Shown piece after piece: positions 1-8,632 of a DNA stretch of 64,000 nt. The translations under genes and the position numbers were made by a program. The notes beneath the pieces are model-generated. The model was given only the letters and a program-made list of their open reading frames with translations. It ran no database searches and was not told where the DNA came from. Position 1 is the first letter of the stretch, and each line of letters begins with the position of its first letter. The stretch is from NCBI GenBank assembly GCA_040876345.1, contig JBBDPM010000006.1, forward strand, positions 264,547-328,546, given 5' to 3'. This DNA comes from Candidatus Woykebacteria bacterium. Lineage in GTDB: Bacteria; Patescibacteriota; Microgenomatia; Woykebacterales; RBG-16-39-9b.

Positions 1-60
1 AGCTTCTTTACGCAGTTTCCTAATAGTTCGCCCGAGCTTTACGTCGTCTTTGGTGACCAT
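1..60 (-). CDS. Partial N-terminus of an XRE-family helix-turn-helix regulator; gene runs off the window start
   Basis: Reverse complement of 1-60 reads ATG..MVTKDDVKLGRTIRKLRKEA, the typical start of a Cro/C1-type HTH (LGxxIRxLR). Truncated by the window edge. Confidence 0.35.
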   Translation of the reverse strand, partial: MVTKDDVKLGRTIRKLRKEA

Positions 61-158
61 AACATAAGGCTATCAATTGGTGAAGACAATTTTTATAATC
101 TGTGGGTTTATAAATAGCCTCGCTTTTAGCTTTGACTTTTATAAACTGCTAGTTTAAG

Positions 159-398
159 ATGAGTTTGGAGAGTATGAATATGAACAGTTCAGAAAAAGAT
201 TCAAAAGTTACTAAATTTGATTGGTTTATATTAGCTGGTTCTGTTTTGGTGTTCTTGCTTTTTTCTCCAGTCGCTTTGGTAGATTTACTTAACTTAAATG
301 TAAATGCTTCTACAATCGCGGCGCCTATTATGATGGTAATTAGCCTCTGGGTATTTATAAGCAAATTTAGGAAAATATGGATGGCTAAAAAGAAATGA
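159..398 (+). CDS. Small hypothetical membrane protein (79 aa, two predicted TM segments)
   Basis: ORF with hydrophobic stretches FILAGSVLVFLLF and IAAPIMMVISLWVFI. No recognisable family. Confidence 0.3.
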   Translation: MSLESMNMNSSEKDSKVTKFDWFILAGSVLVFLLFSPVALVDLLNLNVNASTIAAPIMMVISLWVFISKFRKIWMAKKK

Positions 399-675
399 AA
401 TTAAGTACGCCTCTACCAGACAAACCCAAAACAAAATCCCAGAAATCGAGCTGGAAACAACAGGACATCCCGAAATGGTTACAGATTTTGTCAGATAATC
501 TAAACAATAATGTCTTGGAAGAAGAGAGAAGGCTTCAGTCAAAGCAAGACTTAAATAAAGGCTAACTGCCTTGAAAACTCAACTTGGCTCAACTATGTAG
601 CCTCAACTCGAGTAGCAAAAGTAGCATTTTATAGTGATAAACATAAAGTTTTTTCAGTTGTTAGCTTCAATCTAA

Positions 676-2838
676 CTATTTTAATTTCGACAACTTCTCC
701 TCAAATTTTTTAATGTATTCTGGGTCATAAAGGGCTTTATCAGCGTCCATGAAGAATTTCGGTCGGAAGGGTAAATAGGGACGGCGCACGTGCCAACCAC
801 GCCCTGTTAAACCCTCCGGGTAAGGATTACGGTAGCCATATATTCCGTCCCGAATAGTTTCACTTGGCTGTTCTTTTAACTCTTTTAGAACGGTTACCAG
901 CAGCTTACTCTTTGGAGCGAACTTTAAGAGCCAAACACCATTCAATCTTAAGTGCCTGTATAGCTCAGACAAAGGATTCACTATTTCCGGTTTTGGATAC
1001 TTCTTCCCCTCGTGCAAAGCAAGCCTATCTTTCTTTTTAGTGTCTATAATTTCCACTAAATGCTCTATCCAGTTCTGCAAAATTGAAAGGGCTCTATCGT
1101 TATCTTTAAGTTGGAAAAAACCTAAACCAATTAGTGATGTAAACGTGTCTAAATAATCATGGTCAAAGATATGCTTTCTTTCTTCATACTTGAAAGACAT
1201 AGAAATTGCATTTGTGAAGGGATATTCGAAATGCTTTTCAAGCAGATTAATTAGCTCTTCCTTTAATCTCTGGTCTTTTGTCATTTTGACAAGCCCAAGA
1301 ACAGACATGCCTATCATGTAAACATGTTCAAGCATTTCTTTCACGTCGATATACAGTCCTTTATTCATAGCAGCCATTACGTTTTGGTTTAAGTCCACAA
1401 GAAAGTCTTCCAAAGCCTCTAGCACGTAAGAATAAACTCGCTTGTCCTTTCTAGGTTGCTGTAGAGCTCTTACAAAAACTGAGGCTATTCCGTGTTGCTC
1501 AACGGAAAATGGTCCGAAAAAGGGTTTAATATTTGAACGCAATGTGTATTGATATTTCTCGTCGTCTTCCAAGTAAGTTTTTATGTTTTTGTCTATCTCT
1601 TCCAGAGTGGTTTTAATTGCCAACTTTGGGTTAAATTTACTCATTTCTTCCATTCTGATAAATAAGTAATCCAAAACTGCCGCTAGTCCCCAATTGGCTT
1701 TGCCTGCTACAAAATCTGTGAACGAAAGGTGCAGCTTAGTAGTAAGCCTTCCAATTTCACCGATTTTATCAACGACAATTGGAACTGTGTTTGGAAAGCC
1801 TCTGTCTACAGCTTCTTTTGCTATATCAACCAAATATTCAATCGTGGACATTGGTGCATAAGAAGTTTCTTTAAGCAATTCTTGGCTTATGCAGATGTCT
1901 CTTAAAATATTTACAAAACCAAGCGGAATGAAATTTTCGCCAGCAAAAGTTCTAACTGGAGAAATTTTTAAGGAGTCAATAGCAATATCTCTGGCTGTCC
2001 TAGCAACGGCTAAAGTAATCTTTGGGTGTGTATCTTTTCCGATTAAATTTTTCACGTCGATTAGTTTTTCTCTTACGTAAGTAATAAGTGCGTCATCTTC
2101 ACTTGTATAATCCTTTCTCGCAATTATGTACGCATTAACCAAACCAACTAGGTCGTGCAATCCAGATTCAACCACTTCGAACCTGTTGTCCAAAACAGCT
2201 CTTTGTATGACATCAATTGGAAGGTCTATTTCTGACTTTAACCAGTCGGTTACAGAATCTTCCACCTGAAATTTTCTTAAAACTTGTTCCACGTTTGCGG
2301 TTAACGGTTCCTTCATTTGTTTCTGAAACCGCTCTATTTCCTCTTTTCTCCTCGATTCACTTTTAGTCAATTTGGTTTTTATTAGTCTCTTTGCCCCATT
2401 AAACATGTCTTTGACCTGATTTCGAGCGTCCAGTTTATAAAACGTGTGCACCAGAAGAAGTGCAAGAATTAAGACGGCCTCTATGTCGAGACCAAAGCTA
2501 ATCCAAACCAACTCTCGATTGGTTCCAAATGATAGAAGTGCTGCGTTAAAAACGAAAATAAACCCTAGAGATATAAATGCCGAAATAAAGATAGCGTCAC
2601 CAGTCAATCGTTTTATTAAATCTTGAGAGTAACGACTTAAAATATTTTGAAGAGGAATTGAAATAAGAGTAAAAAATATAGCCAATACCGTACCAGCAAA
2701 CGCTGTGCCAGCAACAAGTATTTCTGTATGGTTATCGTTGTTACCGATTAGTTCTAAGAGGTTACTATTTATCTGCTCAAGAAAATTTATTAGCTCCATA
2801 AAACAAAACTGCTCAGCAGCAGTAATTATAGCTGCCAT
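676..2838 (-). CDS. Large hypothetical membrane protein (720 aa): N-terminal TM helices plus a large soluble domain
   Basis: Long uninterrupted ORF. N-terminal hydrophobic helices (AGTAFAGTVLAIFFTLISIPL, IFISAFISLGFIFVFNAALL, LDIEAVLILALLLV). No motif recognised. Divergent from an ArsR-family regulator. Confidence 0.6.
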   Translation of the reverse strand: MAAIITAAEQFCFMELINFLEQINSNLLELIGNNDNHTEILVAGTAFAGTVLAIFFTLISIPLQNILSRYSQDLIKRLTGDAIFISAFISLGFIFVFNAALLSFGTNRELVWISFGLDIEAVLILALLLVHTFYKLDARNQVKDMFNGAKRLIKTKLTKSESRRKEEIERFQKQMKEPLTANVEQVLRKFQVEDSVTDWLKSEIDLPIDVIQRAVLDNRFEVVESGLHDLVGLVNAYIIARKDYTSEDDALITYVREKLIDVKNLIGKDTHPKITLAVARTARDIAIDSLKISPVRTFAGENFIPLGFVNILRDICISQELLKETSYAPMSTIEYLVDIAKEAVDRGFPNTVPIVVDKIGEIGRLTTKLHLSFTDFVAGKANWGLAAVLDYLFIRMEEMSKFNPKLAIKTTLEEIDKNIKTYLEDDEKYQYTLRSNIKPFFGPFSVEQHGIASVFVRALQQPRKDKRVYSYVLEALEDFLVDLNQNVMAAMNKGLYIDVKEMLEHVYMIGMSVLGLVKMTKDQRLKEELINLLEKHFEYPFTNAISMSFKYEERKHIFDHDYLDTFTSLIGLGFFQLKDNDRALSILQNWIEHLVEIIDTKKKDRLALHEGKKYPKPEIVNPLSELYRHLRLNGVWLLKFAPKSKLLVTVLKELKEQPSETIRDGIYGYRNPYPEGLTGRGWHVRRPYLPFRPKFFMDADKALYDPEYIKKFEEKLSKLK

Positions 2839-2867
2839 TCTAGCATTTTTGGTGTGAGATACAAAAC
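2831..2867 (-). promoter_or_regulatory. 37-bp element spanning the start codon of the 720-aa gene; identical (1 mismatch) to the element at 9498-9534
   Basis: Minus-strand GTTTTGTATCTCACACCAAAAATGCTAGAATGGCAGC. It contains AAAAAT and TAGAAT -10-like hexamers immediately at or overlapping the ATG. Confidence 0.45.
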
Positions 2868-2925
2868 TTTTCCACTTGACATATACTCTAATATGGTTTA
2901 ATATCTGAACATATATTCATATACT

Positions 2926-3234
2926 ATGGCTAAAAATCTTACTGAGTTAAAAACAGAGCTCAAAGACAGGGAAAGATTAGAACAGTGTGCTCGGCAATTC
3001 GGTGTGGTGGGTGACCTTACTCGCCTAAAAATCTGCTATACCCTTTGCCACTACCCAGAGCTTTCGGTAAATGAAATATCTAAGGCGGTCGGTGTGTCTC
3101 CGTCAGCTGTATCTCATGCCTTAGCAAAGCTATTTGATATACAACTTGTCAAGAAGAGGAAAGAAGCCCAAACAGTTTATTACTCGCTGAAAAGCAACAA
3201 GTTCACAAATAATTTGAAGGATTTAATTGTATAG
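2926..3234 (+). CDS. ArsR/SmtB-family metalloregulatory transcriptional repressor
   Basis: HTH region LTRLKICYTLCHYPELSVNEISKAVGVSPSAVSHALAKL is typical of ArsR/SmtB winged-helix repressors. Sits at the head of the mer gene cluster. Confidence 0.8.
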   Translation: MAKNLTELKTELKDRERLEQCARQFGVVGDLTRLKICYTLCHYPELSVNEISKAVGVSPSAVSHALAKLFDIQLVKKRKEAQTVYYSLKSNKFTNNLKDLIV

Positions 3235-3640
3235 AATAGATATGAGAAGCATTGTCAGGAACCTACAAACTATTCTTTTACCTATACTGGGAGCGGGAGC
3301 AGTCGGAGCTTGCCCACTCTGCTGGATAGGTTCTGCTTCGCTTTTAACCTACCTGGGCCTCGGAGCCCTTATCCCAATTTGGAGACAATTAGCTTTTGCT
3401 ACGCTGGCTATAGCGGGGATAGGCTTTCTCTTGGATTTTCGTAGTCACAAAAATATTATACCTTTAGTACTTATCGTCGTAGGCGGGGGCCTTTTGTACT
3501 TAGGACGTTATGTTTATGGAGGAGTAGATTTTACTGGCTGGCCTATCTGGGGATTAGGAGGTGTTCTTGTCGTTGCCGCTGTAATTTATAATAAACGTCT
3601 TTTTAAAAAACAAAAGGAGCACGGTCATGCAACAATTTGA
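3227..3640 (+). CDS. Membrane protein with a GACPLC motif in TM1; putative metal (mercury) transport/binding component
   Basis: 137 aa, about 4 TM helices, Cys pair VGACPLCWIG inside the first helix. Its stop overlaps the merA start (translational coupling). Confidence 0.55.
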   Translation: MYRIDMRSIVRNLQTILLPILGAGAVGACPLCWIGSASLLTYLGLGALIPIWRQLAFATLAIAGIGFLLDFRSHKNIIPLVLIVVGGGLLYLGRYVYGGVDFTGWPIWGLGGVLVVAAVIYNKRLFKKQKEHGHATI

Positions 3641-5027
3641 TTTAATAGTTCTCGGTGGTGGAGCGGGAGCCTTTGCTGCTGCCATTGCTGCCAATGAGGC
3701 AGGTACGAAGGTAGCGATGGTCAACGCGGGGCTTCCCCTTGGTGGCACTTGTGTCAATGTTGGCTGTGTTCCTAGTAAAACCCTCCTAAAAATTGGTGAG
3801 ATTGCTTATTACGGCAATCACGGCTTTGACGCTATTTCGGGAAAGCTAGAAGTAAATTTTGAAAAAGCGATTGAACATGAGTTAAATATAGTCGAGAAAA
3901 TGAGGCACGATAAATATTCAGAAGTTCTCTCTAATCTCGAAAATGTCACGCACTTTGAAGGAAAGGCAAAATTTGTTTCCAAAAATGAAATTGAGGTAAA
4001 CGGTCAGCGACTTTGCGGAGACAAGTTTGTAATAGCCACAGGTTCCACAGCTTTACCGACTCCCTTAGAAGGTTTAGACAAAGTTGATTACATCACCCAC
4101 ATAGACGCTCTTAAACTTAAAAAACTCCCCAAATCGATGGTGATTATTGGTGCAGGCCCGCTTGGACTAGAGTTTGGGCAGATGTACCATCATTTTGGAA
4201 CAAAGGTCACAATTCTCCAAAGAGGCCCTACAGTGATGGCGAGGACAGAACCAGAGTTATCAGAAGCACTACAAAAATACCTTGAAGATGAAGGAGTTAG
4301 CATTTTCACCAACGCCAACAGTAAAAAGGTAAGGAAGGAAAACGGAGAAAAAGTTGTAACTTTTGAGGTCGATGGTAGGGAGATGGAAGCTAAAGGTGAA
4401 ATTCTAATGTTTGCGGCAGGAAAGACACCAAACACTAAAGAGCTTGATTTAGACAAAGTTGGAGTTGAAGTAAATCAAAAAGGAGCAATTAAGGTGGGAG
4501 ATAACCTGCAAACTACCGCACCACATGTTTGGGCGGTTGGAGATGTAGTTGATAGACCTTTAAGACTCGAAACCACTGCTGGTAAGGAAGGCAAAATTGC
4601 TACCGAAAACGCTCTTGGCGGAAAGAAAAGAAAAATGGATTACTCCGCCGTTCCTTATGCGGTCTTTACTACTCCAAACCTTGCAGGTGTTGGTAAAACA
4701 GATGCAGAGGCTGTTAGCGGAGGTTCAAGATGCACCTGTAATACTTTAGGTTTTGATATGGTTCCCAAAGCAGCGATTATCAACGATACGAGAGGTTTAA
4801 TAAAGATTGTGGCAGAAAGAGAAAGCCACAAAATTATTGGTATTCATATCCTTGGACCAGAGGCTGCCGACCTTATCCACGAAGCGACAATGATTGTACG
4901 AAATAAAATGACGCTGGAAGACGTGATAGATACAGTACATGTATTCCCGACTCTAAGTGAAGTAATAAAACTGGCAGCCCAAAACTTCTTTAGAGACGTA
5001 TCCAAACTTTCTTGTTGTGTGGAGTAA
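3627..5027 (+). CDS. merA: Mercuric reductase MerA (core enzyme, no N-terminal HMA domain)
   Basis: FAD GxGxxG motif LIVLGGGAGAFAAA. Redox-active site GGTCVNVGCVPSK as in MerA. C-terminal vicinal cysteines ...KLSCCVE, the MerA hallmark that separates it from lipoamide dehydrogenase. Confidence 0.8.
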   Translation: MQQFDLIVLGGGAGAFAAAIAANEAGTKVAMVNAGLPLGGTCVNVGCVPSKTLLKIGEIAYYGNHGFDAISGKLEVNFEKAIEHELNIVEKMRHDKYSEVLSNLENVTHFEGKAKFVSKNEIEVNGQRLCGDKFVIATGSTALPTPLEGLDKVDYITHIDALKLKKLPKSMVIIGAGPLGLEFGQMYHHFGTKVTILQRGPTVMARTEPELSEALQKYLEDEGVSIFTNANSKKVRKENGEKVVTFEVDGREMEAKGEILMFAAGKTPNTKELDLDKVGVEVNQKGAIKVGDNLQTTAPHVWAVGDVVDRPLRLETTAGKEGKIATENALGGKKRKMDYSAVPYAVFTTPNLAGVGKTDAEAVSGGSRCTCNTLGFDMVPKAAIINDTRGLIKIVAERESHKIIGIHILGPEAADLIHEATMIVRNKMTLEDVIDTVHVFPTLSEVIKLAAQNFFRDVSKLSCCVE

Positions 5028-5262
5028 TTTAAGTATGGAGCAAGACACAAAAAAAGAAATCTCCAAATCCGTATTTGGAGCAGGCCTTATAGCGTTTGCA
5101 CTTTGCTGTGGCCCAATTCTTTTAGTGCTTTTAGCCTTTTCAGGCGTAGGTGGGTTTCTTGGACTTATCACTGGTTTTCTAACTAAGAACATTTATTTCG
5201 TTATTTTTGGTTTAATCTCACTAGGAGTAGCTGGCTGGGTTATTTACAACCGTAGAAGTTGA
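5017..5262 (+). CDS. MerT/MerF-like small mercuric ion transporter (2 TM, CC motif)
   Basis: 81 aa. TM1 AFALCCGPILLVLLAFSGVGG closely resembles MerT TM1 (ACCLGPLVLIALGFSGAW). Overlaps the merA 3' end. Confidence 0.55.
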   Translation: MWSNLSMEQDTKKEISKSVFGAGLIAFALCCGPILLVLLAFSGVGGFLGLITGFLTKNIYFVIFGLISLGVAGWVIYNRRS

Positions 5263-5306
5263 GAAATCTTTACTTGTCTGTAAGTTTTGAAGGGAGGTGA
5301 AGCTAG

Positions 5307-5576
5307 ATGAAAAGGTTTTTGGTAGGAGTTGCCGCCAGTGCGGCGATGTTTGCAAGTTTAGCCACGCCAGTTTTTGCAAACCCATCTTCAGCACCTGGTG
5401 CTGGGGATGCTACTGATATAGCCAATGTAGCTACAGGCGAAAATCCGCCTCTTGGAGCTAGTGGCACAGGCGGACTACTGAACAACGAGGCTGGCAATCC
5501 AGCTATTGGTTCAGTATTTGCCAAAATCATTGAGCACAACCCACTGTGTGACATACACGATGATAGCACTCACTAG
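5307..5576 (+). CDS. Small secreted protein (89 aa) with a signal peptide
   Basis: Strong SD (GGGAGGTGA) 8 nt upstream. Signal peptide MKRFLVGVAASAAMFASLATPVFA followed by a Gly/Ala/Pro-rich region. Local GC is higher than the genome background. Confidence 0.45.
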   Translation: MKRFLVGVAASAAMFASLATPVFANPSSAPGAGDATDIANVATGENPPLGASGTGGLLNNEAGNPAIGSVFAKIIEHNPLCDIHDDSTH

Positions 5577-5622
5577 CGATTGTGGCTCACCTGCCCTCTG
5601 CCCTGCCTTCGGTTAAATAAAC

Positions 5623-6168
5623 ATGAGGAATGCATTTTTGATAATGGTAAGCGTCTCTATAGTCATAGCGATTGTCGGTGCCATTGCCCTATCTAGTAAT
5701 CAACCAGGATTAACTGGTTCAAACAGTGCAAGCAATTCTGGTACGGAGGTCGGTAATCGAACACCAGATTTTACTTTGACAGACATTGAAAAGAGAAAAA
5801 TCTCTCTTGATGGACTTACGGGCAAACCCGCAATTATTTGGTTTACGGCAAGCTACTGTGTGCCTTGTCAAATCGGTGCGAAAGAAGTCAGGAGACTCGA
5901 TGAAGACCTCGGTGGAGATAAATTTAATGTCTTAATGGTCTTTATCGACCCACGGGAGACCGAAAAGGATTTAAGAGATTGGCAAGACTCTTTCGGTAGT
6001 AAAGATTGGCTCATTGCTTTTGCGAACAAAGAAATTACAGATAGTTACGAGATTAGATTTTTAGACACCCAATATCTTTTGGACAAAGAGGGGATTATTC
6101 GAAACTTAGCCAACAGCCCAGTTGGTTACGAAGCTTATAAAAGTAAAATTGAGGAGCTCCTGCAATAA
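5623..6168 (+). CDS. Membrane-anchored TlpA/ResA-like thiol:disulfide oxidoreductase (thioredoxin fold)
   Basis: N-terminal TM anchor. Thioredoxin CxxC active site in the context IIWFTASYCVPCQIGAKEV. Confidence 0.8.
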   Translation: MRNAFLIMVSVSIVIAIVGAIALSSNQPGLTGSNSASNSGTEVGNRTPDFTLTDIEKRKISLDGLTGKPAIIWFTASYCVPCQIGAKEVRRLDEDLGGDKFNVLMVFIDPRETEKDLRDWQDSFGSKDWLIAFANKEITDSYEIRFLDTQYLLDKEGIIRNLANSPVGYEAYKSKIEELLQ

Positions 6169-6599
6169 TGATAATTGCTAAAGCGTGGACAAACAAACTT
6201 TCTGCTTCTTTTGGACTTTTCGTCCTATTGGTATCTTTACTTTGGCCAGCTATTCCCCTACGAAGCTTAGATATTTGGCTGGCCACTTTAACTGGAAGAT
6301 TCCCCACTAACCTTTTCTATCCTATTTTGGCAATTCTTGTTGGTAGCTTTGTAGCAATTTATGTGTACAACAAATATGTACATACTTGTTGCCCAGTAGG
6401 AAGCGGCAAAAGTGGTGGGGCAGCCTCTTTATTTGGCGTTTTACTCGGGGCCTGCCCTGCTTGCATTCCCGCCTTGGGTTTCTTTCTACCACTTGGTGTG
6501 ACAGTAACCCTAGGCTATTTTAGTTGGGTGTTTTTACTCGGCTCGGTAGCTCTTTTAACTTTTTCTATTTATCGTATGAATGGGTTTAAAAGTTTATGA
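6168..6599 (+). CDS. Small 4-TM membrane protein with CC and GACPAC motifs; putative CcdA/DsbD-like thiol electron-transfer partner of the adjacent thioredoxin
   Basis: ATGA start/stop overlap with the upstream thioredoxin gene. Cys motifs HTCCPVGSG and LLGACPACIPALG. The GACPxC motif is shared with the 3227-3640 protein. Confidence 0.5.
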   Translation: MIIAKAWTNKLSASFGLFVLLVSLLWPAIPLRSLDIWLATLTGRFPTNLFYPILAILVGSFVAIYVYNKYVHTCCPVGSGKSGGAASLFGVLLGACPACIPALGFFLPLGVTVTLGYFSWVFLLGSVALLTFSIYRMNGFKSL

Positions 6600-7060
6600 A
6601 ATCGCACACCGCTTTTAATTATTCAAAAATTACTGACCAAATCTTTATCGGTACAAATCAGTGCTGCAAACTCCATTTTGATGAAAAATTACTAAGTCAA
6701 GGTATAACTGCTGATATTTCACTTGAGGACGAAAGTCTGGACACACCTTACGGAGTTAATTATTTCCTTTGGCTTCCAACCAAAAATCACCACGCTCCTA
6801 GCGAGCAGCAGCTACTCCTTGGAGCAGTCACTATCGATTTGCTAACAGAGCTTGGTAGCAAAGTTTACGTTCACTGTCAAAACGGCCACGGCAGAGCCCC
6901 TACTTTGGTAGCAGCTTACTTTATCAGTCAAGGAGGGAGTGTAAAAGAAGCGATAAATCTTATTAAGACTAAAAGACCTGAAATTCATTTAACTAAAGAG
7001 CAGCTTCACGCTTTGGAACATTTTGAAAAATCCGAAATTGAAAAGGAGCCTTGTTGCTGA
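6596..7060 (+). CDS. Cys-based protein phosphatase (dual-specificity/PTP-like, CX5R)
   Basis: Signature VHCQNGHGRAPT (HCxxGxxR[S/T]) of Cys-dependent phosphatases. Overlaps the upstream gene by 4 nt. Confidence 0.75.
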   Translation: MKSHTAFNYSKITDQIFIGTNQCCKLHFDEKLLSQGITADISLEDESLDTPYGVNYFLWLPTKNHHAPSEQQLLLGAVTIDLLTELGSKVYVHCQNGHGRAPTLVAAYFISQGGSVKEAINLIKTKRPEIHLTKEQLHALEHFEKSEIEKEPCC

Positions 7061-8231
7061 AGCCATGCATATAAATTCATTTGGTGACCAATATGGGCCA
7101 GAAATGGTAATAGAAGTCTATGAGCCCAAAGTGGGGTTGAAAGGAATGTTGGTTATAGACAATACCACCTTAGGCCCAAGTAAGGGCGGGGTAAGAATCA
7201 CACCGAGTGTTACGGTTCAAGAGGTATTTAAATTAGCGAGGGTAATGACTTGGAAGACAGCTTTAGCCAAGCTTCCTTTTGGCGGTGCTAAGGCAGGAAT
7301 TGTTGCAAATCTAAAAAATTTAACCAGAGAGCAAAAGAAAAAGCTAATTCAGGAGTTTGCCAAGGCAATAAAGCCTTTCTCTCCAAGTAAATATATCGCT
7401 GGACCAGATATTGGAACAGGTGAGGAAGAAATGGATTGGTATACGCAGGCAAATGGTGATTGGCACTCGGCTACTGGTAAGCCAGCCGAAGTTTGTATGA
7501 AGTTTTTTGGCAAACCAGGGGAAAAGTGCGGGATTCCTCACGAGTATGGTAGTACTGGCTTTGGGGTTGCTTGTGCGGCAGAAGCGGCAGCAAAACACTT
7601 AGGTTTAGACTTAAAAGATTTAACCCTGGCGATAGAAGGTTTTGGTAATGTGGGCAGCTTCGCATTTAAACATTTAGATGAGTTAGGAGCAAGCGTGGTA
7701 GCAGTAGCGGACAGCAAAGGAACAGTTTATAACCCACACGGACTTGATTTTAATAGCATTCAAGCTATCAAAAGAGAAGCCGGCACCGTAACAGCTTACA
7801 AGAGAGGGAAAATTTTGTCCCACAAGGATATATTTACTCTGCCAGTAGATATCATTATTCCCGCTTCTCTTCCAGAAGTAATTAATGATAAGAACGCAGA
7901 AAAGGTTAGAGCCAGAATAATTATTGAGGCAGCTAACCTACCAGTAAGTGAGACAGCTGAAAAAATTCTTGCCAAAAAAGGAGTACTGATAGTTCCCGAT
8001 TTGATAGCGAACGCTGGTGGTGTGATTTCCTCCTATTCGGAGTATATTGGAGAAAATCCTAAGGACATGTTCAGGGAGGTAGAAAAAAGAATTACAGAAA
8101 ATGTTAGGTTTATTCTTGAGCATGCCAAAGACAAAAATTTAACACCGAGAGAAGCAGCTCTGGGAATAGTGAAAGCCCGAATAGCAAGGGGCTTTGCTAA
8201 AAATGTTAATTCTACCTTAGCCCAAAGGTAA
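7023..8231 (+). CDS. gdhA: Glutamate dehydrogenase (Glu/Leu/Phe/Val dehydrogenase family)
   Basis: Catalytic-lysine motif LPFGGAKAGI and substrate region KGGVRITPSV. C-terminal NAD(P)-binding GFGNVGS. The true start may be the internal Met near 7065. Confidence 0.88.
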   Translation: MKNPKLKRSLVAEAMHINSFGDQYGPEMVIEVYEPKVGLKGMLVIDNTTLGPSKGGVRITPSVTVQEVFKLARVMTWKTALAKLPFGGAKAGIVANLKNLTREQKKKLIQEFAKAIKPFSPSKYIAGPDIGTGEEEMDWYTQANGDWHSATGKPAEVCMKFFGKPGEKCGIPHEYGSTGFGVACAAEAAAKHLGLDLKDLTLAIEGFGNVGSFAFKHLDELGASVVAVADSKGTVYNPHGLDFNSIQAIKREAGTVTAYKRGKILSHKDIFTLPVDIIIPASLPEVINDKNAEKVRARIIIEAANLPVSETAEKILAKKGVLIVPDLIANAGGVISSYSEYIGENPKDMFREVEKRITENVRFILEHAKDKNLTPREAALGIVKARIARGFAKNVNSTLAQR

Positions 8232-8233
8232 TT

Positions 8234-8437
8234 ATGGAAGCTTTGGGTTTTACTTTGGATGTTATCGGTAAGCTACCTGTTGCCTATACAGCAATTCGAA
8301 TCCACTACCGATTCTGGAAAGAACATAAAATTAACAATAGAGTCTTTTCGGAAATGCGGAAAGAACAGATTATTGGGCTGGCTGGAATTGGACTGATTAT
8401 TTTAGGGTACTTCCTACAATTGCCATCAAAGCTATAA
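8234..8437 (+). CDS. Small hypothetical protein (67 aa, C-terminal TM)
   Basis: ORF immediately after gdh with the hydrophobic segment IIGLAGIGLIILGYFL. Confidence 0.3.
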   Translation: MEALGFTLDVIGKLPVAYTAIRIHYRFWKEHKINNRVFSEMRKEQIIGLAGIGLIILGYFLQLPSKL

Positions 8438-8469
8438 ATAGAGACTTATTAGATAGTGTTATAATTCAG

Positions 8470-8553
8470 AAACCGACCTATGTTGGACATACTGAAATCA
8501 AACGAATTTAAAGTCGGCCAGAGGTTCCTGATATCGTCCAACAAGGCCGACCA
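8470..8553. repeat. ~85-bp structured intergenic repeat, copy 1 (inverted repeat GTCGGCC...GGCCGAC)
   Basis: AAATCAAACGAATTTAAAGTCGGCCAGAGGTTCCTGATATCGTCCAACAAGGCCGACC is near-identical to 11503-11560, and the similarity extends about 25 bp upstream. The 7-bp arms can form a stem-loop. Confidence 0.7.
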
Positions 8554-8632
8554 ATTCATTTCGTGCCTGAGTTACTATATCAAATACTATCAGGGCTGAG
8601 AAGAATCGGACTTCTTAGCCTCCTACCATCAT

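Noticed and set aside
3554-3757. 67-aa minus-strand ORF overlapping the merA 5' region
   Set aside because: Antisense to a well-supported gene (MerA active-site region). No motif or start context. Typical shadow ORF.
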